A DNA stretch of 54,545 nt from IMG/VR virus record IMGVR_UViG_3300014508_000071, positions 1 through 54,545 of that record. The stretch is one strand, 5' to 3'. Shown one piece after another: positions 36,512 through 45,902 of the stretch; position 1 is the first letter of the stretch; each line of letters starts with the position of its first letter. Position numbers and translations under genes: made by a program. The stretch comes from a virus. Its lineage: Duplodnaviria; Caudoviricetes. The notes below the pieces were generated by a model, which ran no database searches, had not been told where the DNA came from, and saw only the letters and a list, made by a program, of their open reading frames with translations.

Positions 36512-37357
36512 TTATACCTCAACAAAACTTTTTGATTTTTTTATTGATTCTAATAATTCTTGTTCATCCTCATCAATATTTATCGGTATGTAAACGGACA
36601 AATGTACTAAAATGTTACCTTTTTGGGTGGAGTTATGTCTAACAGGTAGCCCTTTACCCTTCAACGAAAGGATTGCGTCACTTTTAGTTCCAGCTGAAAT
36701 TTTAACTTTTGCCTTGCCACCACCTAATAATGGAACCATAATATCAGTCCCCTCAATAAATTCATGGTAGTTTAATTGGTGTTTATAAACCAAATCAGCT
36801 CCTTCTCTTGTGAAAACATCATGAGGTCTGATCGCAATAACGATCACTAAACCTCCCGCTATACCACCATGACCTTGAGAATAATGACCACCTCTTCCTT
36901 TAACAAAGTTCTCTCCGTGCTTAACTCCCGAAGGAATCACTAAATTCGGTTGATAAGACTGAGTTGTTCCGTTACTTAACTTTCTTGTAATATTACGAGA
37001 AAATACAGCTCCATTTAAAACCTCTTCTAGATTTATAGGAAACGTAACTACTATATCAGCGCCTCTTTCGAATATATTAGCATTTTGCCTAAACATATTC
37101 ATAAAATCATCCATCATTGGATCACCAGTATTAGCGCCTCTAAAAGGAGAGTTTAAAGATATGTCATATGCATCTCTCTTATCCTTATCAGACAATACTT
37201 CATTAGCTTGAGAAATCTCCTTAAATCGATCAGCAGCATCTGCATCACCCTGATTTTTGTCAGGATGATACTTCATAGCTAGTTTCCGATAGGCTTTTTT
37301 GATAGTCGCCTCATCATCATCACTATCAACACCTAATATCTCGTAGTGAGTTTTCAT
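36512..37357 (-). CDS. dnaJ: DnaJ-class co-chaperone (type II, no zinc finger)
   Basis: J domain with HPD; C-terminal substrate domain LKGKGLP. Confidence 0.9.
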   Translation of the reverse strand: MKTHYEILGVDSDDDEATIKKAYRKLAMKYHPDKNQGDADAADRFKEISQANEVLSDKDKRDAYDISLNSPFRGANTGDPMMDDFMNMFRQNANIFERGADIVVTFPINLEEVLNGAVFSRNITRKLSNGTTQSYQPNLVIPSGVKHGENFVKGRGGHYSQGHGGIAGGLVIVIAIRPHDVFTREGADLVYKHQLNYHEFIEGTDIMVPLLGGGKAKVKISAGTKSDAILSLKGKGLPVRHNSTQKGNILVHLSVYIPINIDEDEQELLESIKKSKSFVEV

Positions 37358-37869
37358 ATATGTCTCCAGCCAATTAAGAATTGAGGATAATCTTTTTCAA
37401 AAGCTACTTCTCCACTTTTTGATGGATCAGGTTGTATCTTAGAAAGAATATCTTCATAAGGTCTAGGATAAACATCTCCTCCATTAATAGAGCAACGTAA
37501 ACCATCACCCCTATAGTGGACTCTCAATTTATTGACTTTCTGTTTTCCATTCTCATCTAAGATTGGAATTCTACTTGATTCTGGATCGTTCTCCTCACAC
37601 TTAACAAATCTAACTGCTCCTCCCTTCTCTGAAACTGGTTCAGCTCCTTCATCAGTAGAAGTGCATTGAACGCTCATGAATATTTTGTGACCATGATGAT
37701 CACGAGCATACATTCCATTTTCAAGTTTAGCTGCGACCTGCTTTACGTAAAGAGGTCTAATATAAACATGGAAAGACTCCGCCTTTGTTTCATAAACATT
37801 TTCTGCTGTCCATGCGATTACATCCTCAACGGACATGTTTTTTCTTTCTTCTAATGTTAATTCTTTCAT
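37354..37869 (-). CDS. hypothetical protein
   Basis: 171-aa ORF. Confidence 0.65.
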   Translation of the reverse strand: MKELTLEERKNMSVEDVIAWTAENVYETKAESFHVYIRPLYVKQVAAKLENGMYARDHHGHKIFMSVQCTSTDEGAEPVSEKGGAVRFVKCEENDPESSRIPILDENGKQKVNKLRVHYRGDGLRCSINGGDVYPRPYEDILSKIQPDPSKSGEVAFEKDYPQFLIGWRHI

Positions 37870-37870
37870 G

Positions 37871-38143
37871 TTATGTTGTTGATTTAATTGTAAAACCTAG
37901 ACCTCCAACTCCTATCAAAAAACCGAAGTCATACCAACCTCCTGAGTTATCGCAAGCATAAACTGCAATATCATCCGAAAATAGACTTCCGATAAAAGAA
38001 AATGGGGTAATTATTCCATGCCATAAACCTCCCCAAAAACCATAAGGGTCTGTAGATAAAACTGAGGCTTGATCAGCGCATGATGTAAAAAGGAAGCACA
38101 CTAGAAGAATCCCTAGTATAGCCATTAATGTTTTTGATTTCAT
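37871..38143 (-). CDS. small membrane lipoprotein
   Basis: lipobox-like LFTSC; GFWGGLWHG...GWYDFGFLIG. Confidence 0.75.
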   Translation of the reverse strand: MKSKTLMAILGILLVCFLFTSCADQASVLSTDPYGFWGGLWHGIITPFSFIGSLFSDDIAVYACDNSGGWYDFGFLIGVGGLGFTIKSTT

Positions 38144-38191
38144 AGTCTTAATATTTCCTCAAAAGTAAGAAAAATATCGATGACCACCAAA

Positions 38192-38767
38192 TTATTCTGT
38201 CCAAATAATTCTTTTTAGGATTCTCGCAGTGTTGTAAGCGTCATCGGAAGCCCTATGAGGAGTGCCTTCGAATTCCATCCCCAATTTCTTTAGTGCGTTT
38301 TCAACACTTGGCTCCTCAATATGTTTCATACAAAACAATTCTCTAGCATCAATGTGTTGAACATGAAAGGGGTTCGGTAACTTGTAGTAACGACAATCTC
38401 TTTCAATAAATCTCTTATCGTGTTCACCCCAACTCAACCACAACCTCCTGTTGCTGTCGTACTTATCAACTAAGATGTCAATCGCATCTTTTAAAGGTAT
38501 ACCTTCTTCATCAATCATCTTCTGAGTGATAGAGGTTAACTTGGTACAGAAAGGGCTTATAATAGACTTTTCTGGATTAATTAGAATACTTTCTGGCTCA
38601 CTTATCTTCCGAGTCTTATATTCATAAGTACAAACACCAATCTCAATAATATCTTGACGATACCCTTTTGGTGGATGCCCATGCCAGCAAGCTAATTCAA
38701 AATCAATAATTAAAGCTTTCTTCCTGTTCCTTCTCCTTCTTTTAAAACTTCCATCTTTCTCTCTCAC
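38192..38767 (-). CDS. DEDDh exonuclease (ERI-1/KapD-like), paralog of 33621..34241
   Basis: IIDFELACW, DIIEIG, RLWLSWG, HRASDDAYNTAR. Confidence 0.88.
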   Translation of the reverse strand: MREKDGSFKRRRRNRKKALIIDFELACWHGHPPKGYRQDIIEIGVCTYEYKTRKISEPESILINPEKSIISPFCTKLTSITQKMIDEEGIPLKDAIDILVDKYDSNRRLWLSWGEHDKRFIERDCRYYKLPNPFHVQHIDARELFCMKHIEEPSVENALKKLGMEFEGTPHRASDDAYNTARILKRIIWTE

Positions 38768-39285
38768 GTTGTCGGGAACTTAAAATTAAACTCTTCTCTG
38801 AAAGCTAACAAAGCTTCAGCATTACCTTTAGCATCATCAATCGCATGGTGAGTATGCTTTGTTTTTCTATACTTTCTTTTCCACTCACTGTTAGCGTTCC
38901 ATTTAGAAAGCAGCCCACAATAAATGTCTCCGATTCTTCTAGATGAAAACCCAAACGGATTAGAGCCTCCATATTTATGAAGGTAGTAGTTTATCCACTG
39001 CCAATCAAATCCATTATTATCTGAAACAAAAGTTACATGCTTGAATTGCTTCAACCATACAATAAATTCTTTCATTACTTCTTCTGGATCATCAAAACCC
39101 TCATGCTCTTCTCTCGAAAAACCTGACACAGCTAAGGCATCAGGATTCCATTGATCGCTTATCGGTCTCACTTTTCCATAAAAAGTATTGTTTAAGTCTT
39201 TGTCCACTGCTACTGCACCAAACGAAACCATAGAGTAATCTCCCACATAAGCTCCGTCAGCTTCTACATCCACTACTATAAACAT
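38764..39285 (-). CDS. DEDDh 3'-5' exoribonuclease
   Basis: VVDVEADG, SDNNGFD, HHAIDDA. Confidence 0.85.
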   Translation of the reverse strand: MFIVVDVEADGAYVGDYSMVSFGAVAVDKDLNNTFYGKVRPISDQWNPDALAVSGFSREEHEGFDDPEEVMKEFIVWLKQFKHVTFVSDNNGFDWQWINYYLHKYGGSNPFGFSSRRIGDIYCGLLSKWNANSEWKRKYRKTKHTHHAIDDAKGNAEALLAFREEFNFKFPTT

Positions 39286-39346
39286 TTTGTCATTAATTTA
39301 GTTTAATGCAAATATAGTTATATTTAATTAAAAGAACAAACCTCAA

Positions 39347-39730
39347 ATGAAAGAAGATAAGATACTAAATGAGATTTCTAAAATTATAAAGGAAAAGCTC
39401 AACGAAAAAGAAGAAAAAAAGATAAGCGTTATCGACATGGATAAGCTAACAGAAATAGCTCACGGTATTGAGTTGGTTTGCCAAGGAGAATACGGATCAA
39501 CCTACGTTAATGAAGAAGAAAATAAAATTGCTATCTGCTTGGGTGATTCCAATATGTTTGATATGGAAATGTTGGAAGGACACCTTCCATACGAAGTAAC
39601 TGAAGGTTACAAAGATGCCGAATTAATTGATTGCGAAGTTGATTGTGAGTGGATTCCCAACACTAGAGATGGTGGTTGGAAAGAATTCAAAAGAGGAAAG
39701 TGGAACGATTGCCCTAAACAAGAAAAATAA
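39347..39730 (+). CDS. hypothetical protein
   Basis: 127-aa ORF. Confidence 0.65.
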   Translation: MKEDKILNEISKIIKEKLNEKEEKKISVIDMDKLTEIAHGIELVCQGEYGSTYVNEEENKIAICLGDSNMFDMEMLEGHLPYEVTEGYKDAELIDCEVDCEWIPNTRDGGWKEFKRGKWNDCPKQEK

Positions 39731-40686
39731 TGCCAGTAACAGTACAAAATGATAGTTTTAATCCGAGAAAGGTTTATTACAACGTAAATGGAATAACTAA
39801 ATTTGTCTTCCTTAAAGGGCAAGAAGTGTTTACTATTGATGAAATTGACGATCCTTTAGCTTTGCTTAATAGGGTCTCTGTCTTAAAATATCAAATTGAA
39901 CAAAAGACCTCTAATAGCCATAGCCCGAAACAAGCAATATTTGATGTCAATGGAAATTATGTGAGAGTTTCAGCTTCTAGCAGTAGTTATGTTCCGCCAG
40001 TTTATAGATCATATATTTATGTTAACGATAATTCTGACATAGATTTTGATGGAAGTGAAAGTTTTTCTATCTCTTTTTGGTTTAAGCATAACGGAAATTC
40101 CATTATTGCCTCACCAATCAGAAAGCTTTTCAATATAGGATTAGGGCCAGACTTTGGATATCTTCTAAGTATTAACACCTCCACAATTTCTAACTCAACC
40201 GCTCAATTCTCAACTAATGCTGGAGTATCTGTCTCAAACTCATCTACCCCAGCTATAGATTTAACAGCAGATAATTGGAATTTAGTAGTAGGAGTATTTG
40301 ACACTTCAGGTAGAGCTACACTTCAATCAGTAGAAATGAATGGAAATAAATCTAACAACACCGCTGCTCAAACGAATATCAACAATTCTGGAGCGCCTCT
40401 ATATATTCAAGGCAGCAGCAATAACTTAGGTATGGATGAAGTAACTATTTGGGATAAACCTCTCTCGGACGCTGAAACAGCTGAACTTTATAATTCAGGA
40501 GCTGGAATACCCATTACAAGTCACTCAGCTTCTGGAAGTGTTATTAGTCATTACTCTATGGCAGGGGTAGATGCCTTTATCAATGATGGCATCTACCTCG
40601 ACTCTATTGGCAACTACAATGCTCTTACTTCAGGGATCACCGTTAATAACCTATCTGAAGATGGCGTTGGGACTATCGATTTATAA
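39730..40686 (+). CDS. LamG/concanavalin A-like domain protein, possibly virion-associated
   Basis: FSISFWFK, WNLVVGVFD, MDEVTIWDKPLSDAETAELYNSG. Confidence 0.75.
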   Translation: MPVTVQNDSFNPRKVYYNVNGITKFVFLKGQEVFTIDEIDDPLALLNRVSVLKYQIEQKTSNSHSPKQAIFDVNGNYVRVSASSSSYVPPVYRSYIYVNDNSDIDFDGSESFSISFWFKHNGNSIIASPIRKLFNIGLGPDFGYLLSINTSTISNSTAQFSTNAGVSVSNSSTPAIDLTADNWNLVVGVFDTSGRATLQSVEMNGNKSNNTAAQTNINNSGAPLYIQGSSNNLGMDEVTIWDKPLSDAETAELYNSGAGIPITSHSASGSVISHYSMAGVDAFINDGIYLDSIGNYNALTSGITVNNLSEDGVGTIDL

Positions 40687-41500
40687 CAAACTTCCTAACC
40701 TCACTTTCCGTCATAAAGATGTAAACTCCATTAGACAGATTAGTGACATCTATTTTGTTTGAGATATTATTTTGAATAACCTGACCACTCAAGTTAAAGA
40801 TTGTATATTCTACATATTCACTTAACTGAGTAATAGAATTAGATAAATTGATTTGCTTAACAATCTCTAGTGCTGATTTAGTTTGATTTGAGTTCTCGAT
40901 TAACTCTTCAATAGATTTATTATTAGAAGAAACAATAGACTCTCCATCACAAGAGCTTCCAAAAACTGATAGAACCTCTAACATGTCAGGCATGGTAACA
41001 ATACCATCTCCATTTAAATCTGCTGGACAAGGATTTTCAACTTCTACAATAACTTCTGAAACACAAGCATCGGGGCAATTAGAGCCATATACTCCGCCAA
41101 AAACAGAGAACGATATTACTTCAAAAGATTCTGAAAAATAAATAGTAGACTCAAGCACATCACCATTTGATATAATGTTTACTCCAGATGGAATCGTATC
41201 AGGTTGAAGACCGTTCACACTTAAAGTGTAACAGCTATCTGATAGACATAGATTAATGATAGGCGAGTTGCCTAGATTCTGAAAGATTGGATCGCAAGGA
41301 TTTGGAAATTCCTGACCAATACATGGATCATAATAATAGCAAGTTCCCCACAATAAAACATCGGAAGGAGTATTATCACCGAAAAATTCGAGGGTGATAC
41401 AGTTATCAGTGCAATCTGAACAAGCATCTGCTAAAGCATTCTGAGAATACGATGAAACAGAGAGGATTGTTAATACGAGTAATAAAAATATGTTTTTCAT
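40673..41500 (-). CDS. secreted Cys-rich protein with dockerin/EF-hand-like loop and T9SS type A sorting domain
   Basis: signal peptide; CPADLNGDGIVTMPD; C-terminal YTIFNLSGQ...IDVTNLSNGVYIF...RKFVI. Confidence 0.8.
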   Translation of the reverse strand: MKNIFLLLVLTILSVSSYSQNALADACSDCTDNCITLEFFGDNTPSDVLLWGTCYYYDPCIGQEFPNPCDPIFQNLGNSPIINLCLSDSCYTLSVNGLQPDTIPSGVNIISNGDVLESTIYFSESFEVISFSVFGGVYGSNCPDACVSEVIVEVENPCPADLNGDGIVTMPDMLEVLSVFGSSCDGESIVSSNNKSIEELIENSNQTKSALEIVKQINLSNSITQLSEYVEYTIFNLSGQVIQNNISNKIDVTNLSNGVYIFMTESEVRKFVINR

Positions 41501-41535
41501 ATTCCTATAACGTAAAAAAAATCAATTTTGTTACA

Positions 41536-41934
41536 CTAAAATAAAACTTTTATAAATTTAGGGTCTACCCAATCACAAAGATAAACTCCATTATCTGAAA
41601 TAAACAATTCCATTCCAGACTCAACCATTCCGACAGCATCTACCGCAAGAATAATAGGCTCCCCTCTTCGAGAACCTACTTGAGTTGCTGTTTTTTGGTT
41701 GGGACTCAAGTGAACATGAGTTCTTCTCATCTTACTAAGACCTTGTTTCATAATAGGGCTAAGAAACTTCTCTACCGTACCATGAAACAAAGTCTCAGGG
41801 ACATCCGTAACCAAATCATAATCCATTTCTACTTCGAAACTATGACCTTGATTGGCTCGAACCCACATGCGGGTTTCATCAATTGAGTACCTACCCTTAT
41901 CATCATCCTGCACGATCTTTTTGATCATATCCAA
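41536..41934 (-). CDS. kptA: RNA 2'-phosphotransferase (KptA/Tpt1), N-terminally truncated
   Basis: DKGRY, RANQGHS, LFHGT, GLSKMRRTHVHLS; N-terminal lobe absent, in-frame stop at 41998-42000. Confidence 0.75.
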   Translation of the reverse strand: MDMIKKIVQDDDKGRYSIDETRMWVRANQGHSFEVEMDYDLVTDVPETLFHGTVEKFLSPIMKQGLSKMRRTHVHLSPNQKTATQVGSRRGEPIILAVDAVGMVESGMELFISDNGVYLCDWVDPKFIKVLF

Positions 41935-41989
41935 ACTAACCCCTCCTTTGTTTTCATTCTTCTTTAACGTAAAAAAGCCATAAATGTTT

Positions 41990-42205
41990 CTATGCTCTTA
42001 TTGATTTTAATATTTCTTCCTCAGATCGATTGTCATTGCTATACACCTCGTCTCCAATTAAAGCATCGGAAGCACCAGATCGGTAAGCCTTGTTTTCAAT
42101 CTCATGGTTATATTCTAGAGAGGTTGTTCCTTTCAACTCATCGTCCCAACCTGTCCAGTAACACTGCAACAATCTTTCATCACTTATACTTCCCGCCTTA
42201 TCCAT
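41990..42205 (-). CDS. hypothetical protein
   Basis: 71-aa ORF. Confidence 0.55.
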   Translation of the reverse strand: MDKAGSISDERLLQCYWTGWDDELKGTTSLEYNHEIENKAYRSGASDALIGDEVYSNDNRSEEEILKSIRA

Positions 42206-42486
42206 TGTGTGCTAAATGGTTTTGATTTTTTAAACCTCTTTGTCTGAGACCACAAAAGACCCCACTCATCAGTTCCTTTACCGATAATACCCGACCCAAC
42301 AGGACTGTGCTTAAAAATCTCCTGCTTTGGCTTTGCAAAAATATAATCATCACTCAAAGTGGTTGTGTGTGTTACTTCAATTAAAGAGTCTTCAGACAAA
42401 AAGATATTTGCCTGATTTTTAATTGACCAAACCTGAGTTCCTTTCGGGACTGTTCTTAATTTTCCATGTTTCTTCTGATTTCTCAT
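42184..42486 (-). CDS. hypothetical protein
   Basis: 100-aa ORF. Confidence 0.55.
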   Translation of the reverse strand: MRNQKKHGKLRTVPKGTQVWSIKNQANIFLSEDSLIEVTHTTTLSDDYIFAKPKQEIFKHSPVGSGIIGKGTDEWGLLWSQTKRFKKSKPFSTQWIRREV

Positions 42487-42540
42487 ATCTTCTTGCCTGT
42501 CAGGTGAGTGTAAATTTCCTGAGCAATACGCTACTTTCCA

Positions 42541-42798
42541 TTATTTCTTCGGTTCTTCCTTAAGTCCGCTTCCATCCTCATTCAACATTCCGTAAATTTT
42601 AGATTTACTGATATCGAGTGATGATGCCGTATTTACTACGTGATTTGCGTTTTGACTCAAAGAGTTCTGAATGATAATACTTTCGTAATCATCCATTGTC
42701 ACATTAGCGTTTAACGCCATATAAACTGTGCCGTCTTTTTCAATAGTCGGAACCTTCTTTGCAGATTCTGTTAATAGTGATTTTTTATTTCTTGCCAT
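42541..42798 (-). CDS. hypothetical protein
   Basis: 85-aa ORF. Confidence 0.55.
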   Translation of the reverse strand: MARNKKSLLTESAKKVPTIEKDGTVYMALNANVTMDDYESIIIQNSLSQNANHVVNTASSLDISKSKIYGMLNEDGSGLKEEPKK

Positions 42799-42843
42799 CG
42801 TCTTGTTTATTATAAATATATTCCAAAAATAGGAATTTATTCT

Positions 42844-43332
42844 TTATAAAACAAGTTTTTTAGAAAGAGAAGCATTTGAAAACTCTTTCATACCAGTAGT
42901 TTCTATCACAATAAGCTGCGCCATATCATCTGGAATAGGCAAATCAAAGTCATCTTCTGGTAATTCCATCTCCATTTTGATTAAAGGAATTGAAATGAAA
43001 TTATCAATTTCCCATAACAGTTTTACCCCGCCCACCTCGTAAGGTTTAGTAAATCTGTCTTTCTGGATGTAAGTGTGAGCCATTTGAACCTTCTCTAAGA
43101 AAACTTCTTTAGAAATCTCCTCTTCCGCTTCGATGAAGCCTATTTTACCGTCTTCTCGTGGAGTTTTGATCGTCAAATGATATTCCGTATGATTTACGTA
43201 ATTAGACTCTCTGACACGCTTAAAAACGTCATCTTCAATAAAATAATACTGTTTGACAACTCTACTGAAGGTAACACCTTGGGGCATTCCTTTTAAAAGC
43301 CAACCTCTCTCAATTTCCAACTCTTCTTTCAT
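42844..43332 (-). CDS. CYTH-domain protein (triphosphate tunnel fold)
   Basis: ELEIER, RVR, LTIK, KDR, WEID, EMEL. Confidence 0.8.
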   Translation of the reverse strand: MKEELEIERGWLLKGMPQGVTFSRVVKQYYFIEDDVFKRVRESNYVNHTEYHLTIKTPREDGKIGFIEAEEEISKEVFLEKVQMAHTYIQKDRFTKPYEVGGVKLLWEIDNFISIPLIKMEMELPEDDFDLPIPDDMAQLIVIETTGMKEFSNASLSKKLVL

Positions 43333-43580
43333 AATATCACTTCTACAATATGAATTTCACACTCTAAATGTTCCTTAAGTTTGTTTATTAAAGAGCCACC
43401 CTTTCCGATAAGAAGACCCGGTCTCCTTAAATGCACCGTCAAAACATTTGTTTCTTCCGCATGCTCAAGCTTGCAAACTCCCATATAATAAGTAGAAGGA
43501 ACGTCTGGTTCTGGATCAAAACCATAACAACCATCAAAATATGTCAAAAATAAAGACTTATATTTGTTATGTTCTCTCAT
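43329..43580 (-). CDS. stand-alone type II KH domain (ribosomal protein S3-like)
   Basis: VHLRRPGLLIGKGGSLINKLK. Confidence 0.75.
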   Translation of the reverse strand: MREHNKYKSLFLTYFDGCYGFDPEPDVPSTYYMGVCKLEHAEETNVLTVHLRRPGLLIGKGGSLINKLKEHLECEIHIVEVIL

Positions 43581-43882
43581 AGACCTAACACTTTACGTTC
43601 TTCTTCACTCAATTTAGCTAAAGCTTGCTCTTTATGGTAAGCCTTGTCTTTGATAACTTCAATGACTTTCAGACCAGTCCCATCACCTTCCCAACCTATA
43701 TCGATAGTATCCCAACTACGAGGATTTTTAACAGTAGGCTCTCTCTTATATGTTAAATAGATATCCCCTTCATCCGAATTAATTGACACACCATGCTTCT
43801 CTTGAAGTACAGCAAGTTCTTTGAGGAACTCTTTAGAAACAGCTACTGCTTCTATTTTATTGTATTTTTTTTGCATAATCAA
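43577..43882 (-). CDS. hypothetical protein
   Basis: 101-aa ORF ending ALAKLSEEERKVLGL. Confidence 0.65.
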   Translation of the reverse strand: MIMQKKYNKIEAVAVSKEFLKELAVLQEKHGVSINSDEGDIYLTYKREPTVKNPRSWDTIDIGWEGDGTGLKVIEVIKDKAYHKEQALAKLSEEERKVLGL

Positions 43883-45428
43883 AAGTTATTTGTTTCTCTA
43901 TTTTTTTTGTTGAAGTTAAATCAGAATTGTGTGTTTTGTTAAGCTTTTGAAGCTCTTCAGTTGTTGGAACAATTGCCACTCTTTTTACCATACCTCTACT
44001 ATCGTTCAAAGATACAACATTTTTATCTTTATCAACAACATAGACGTTGTATGGGTCAAATTGTGCTGGATGATCTAAACCAGCTGCGTGAGTAATTTCC
44101 CAAACATCCTTTTTCAAGGTGTCAAGATACAATCCCAATCTCAAAGATTTATCTTCAATATTAAACCCATTCACCAACCATTTCTTTTGAGTAGCAATAC
44201 CAACGGGGCAATTTCCTTTGTGACAATCTTGAGTCTGAAGACATCCAATTGCAAACAAAGCTTCACGAGCAATGTTAATAACATCACAACCCATTGCAAA
44301 AGCTTTAATAGCCATCGCAGGATACCCTAGTTTTGCTGATCCAATGAAAACGATATCTTTATCCAAACCAAAATGAGTGAATGCTTTATACACTATCGGG
44401 AAGCCTTGATCAAAAGTAAGACCTACATGATCAGAAAAAGATGTGGGTGCTGCTCCCGTCCCGCCTTCTCCACCATCAACCGTAATAAAGTCTGGCTTTT
44501 TTGTGCCTCCGTTCTTTGAGATTTCACCTGCAAGATTCATTGGAAACCCTTTATCTCCAACACAGAATTTAATTCCAACTGGGATTCCAGTTGCTTCTGC
44601 TACCTCTTCAATAAAATCCAGTAGAGAAGGAATATCACTGAATGCTTGATGATAAGCTGGACTCATACAATCCTTTCCTTCAGGAATACCTCTGACCTCG
44701 GCAATTTCCTTTGTAATTTTAGAAGCCAATAAAACTCCGCCCTTTCCAGCTTTCGCTCCTTGAGAGAGTTTGATTTCAATAGCTCTAATGTTTGGATGCT
44801 TTTCAACTGTCTTCAATAGTTCTTCCATTGAGAAATTTCCTTTTGAATCTCTACAACCAAAATATCCAGTCCCTATTTGGTAAACCAATCTAGCACCCAA
44901 ATCGTGATACGGAGCAACACCACCTTCTCCAGTGTTGTGATAAGAACCTGCTAAAGATGCTCCAATATTATTCGCCATTGTTGCACGATCAGAAAGACTT
45001 CCGTAGCTCATAGCGGAGATGTTGAAAACATTCTCAACAAAAAATGGATTCTTTCTATTCTTTCCCATTACCTTTAAGCAAGGTAGAAAGTATGGGTTAA
45101 ACCCTTTTGGTTTTGTGGTTGGAAAGGCAGAGTGAGGGATGACGATGTGACCTTGATTGGTTTGATTGTCATCTGACCCAAAACCTTTATATCTGTTTTG
45201 CCCTTTACTAGTGGCATAAACATAGTTTCTTCTTATTCTGTTATAAGGCGCTTCTTCACGATTCCCAGCAACAATGTACTGACGAAGAGGTGGCCCCCAC
45301 TTTTCAATAAGGTATCTACCCAATCCAATGATTGGAAAATTAGTTCTAAGAGTATGGTTCTTGACGATAAATCTATCGAAACAAAACCAAACTACAAATA
45401 AAGAGATAATGATTAGAAATATTGTCAT
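43857..45428 (-). CDS. FMN-binding glutamate synthase family protein
   Basis: SAMSYGSLS, NTGEGG, EIKLSQGAKAGKGG, DGGEGGTGAAP, CLQTQDCHKGNCPVGIATQ; N-terminal TM. Confidence 0.92.
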   Translation of the reverse strand: MTIFLIIISLFVVWFCFDRFIVKNHTLRTNFPIIGLGRYLIEKWGPPLRQYIVAGNREEAPYNRIRRNYVYATSKGQNRYKGFGSDDNQTNQGHIVIPHSAFPTTKPKGFNPYFLPCLKVMGKNRKNPFFVENVFNISAMSYGSLSDRATMANNIGASLAGSYHNTGEGGVAPYHDLGARLVYQIGTGYFGCRDSKGNFSMEELLKTVEKHPNIRAIEIKLSQGAKAGKGGVLLASKITKEIAEVRGIPEGKDCMSPAYHQAFSDIPSLLDFIEEVAEATGIPVGIKFCVGDKGFPMNLAGEISKNGGTKKPDFITVDGGEGGTGAAPTSFSDHVGLTFDQGFPIVYKAFTHFGLDKDIVFIGSAKLGYPAMAIKAFAMGCDVINIAREALFAIGCLQTQDCHKGNCPVGIATQKKWLVNGFNIEDKSLRLGLYLDTLKKDVWEITHAAGLDHPAQFDPYNVYVVDKDKNVVSLNDSRGMVKRVAIVPTTEELQKLNKTHNSDLTSTKKIEKQITFDYAKKIQ

Positions 45429-45571
45429 ATTGGTATAAACGAAAAAAAGACCCAAATGTTACCACTTGAATCTTTTTTATATTTTTATATGACTTGACTA
45501 CTGTTTTTCGTCACTGAAAATCTGAACCTCTCCATCTTTACTCATAATGGTGTCTGCAACTATCTCGGTAT

Positions 45572-45838
45572 TTAATCTAATACAGTCCAAGGACTATTTG
45601 GATTCCAAGGTGGAGTTTGAGGTCTGTTAGGGAAATTGCTTCCTCCCTCTAAAGACCTTAGCCGACCTTCAATATCATTTAACTTTTGCTGAATAGAATT
45701 TAGAGTCTCCTCTATTCGATTCGATTCTTTCTTAGAAATTTCTTTTCCATCAACCTGATCTTCTAGGTCTTCAACAATTCCTCTCAATTCATCAACTTCC
45801 TCTCTAAGGCTATCTTTGTTCTTCTTTTTTCTGGACAT
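45572..45838 (-). CDS. coiled-coil hypothetical protein
   Basis: heptad-rich 88-aa ORF. Confidence 0.6.
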   Translation of the reverse strand: MSRKKKNKDSLREEVDELRGIVEDLEDQVDGKEISKKESNRIEETLNSIQQKLNDIEGRLRSLEGGSNFPNRPQTPPWNPNSPWTVLD

Positions 45839-45847
45839 TTTAGTTTT

Positions 45848-45889
45848 AATTTAGTTTTAGTGCAAATGTAAGTAAACTAAAACTAAATT
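45848..45889. repeat. perfect 14-bp inverted repeat around a TACATTTG element
   Basis: AATTTAGTTTTAGT-N14-ACTAAAACTAAATT. Confidence 0.7.
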
Positions 45890-45902
45890 CCAAATAATGG
45901 AA

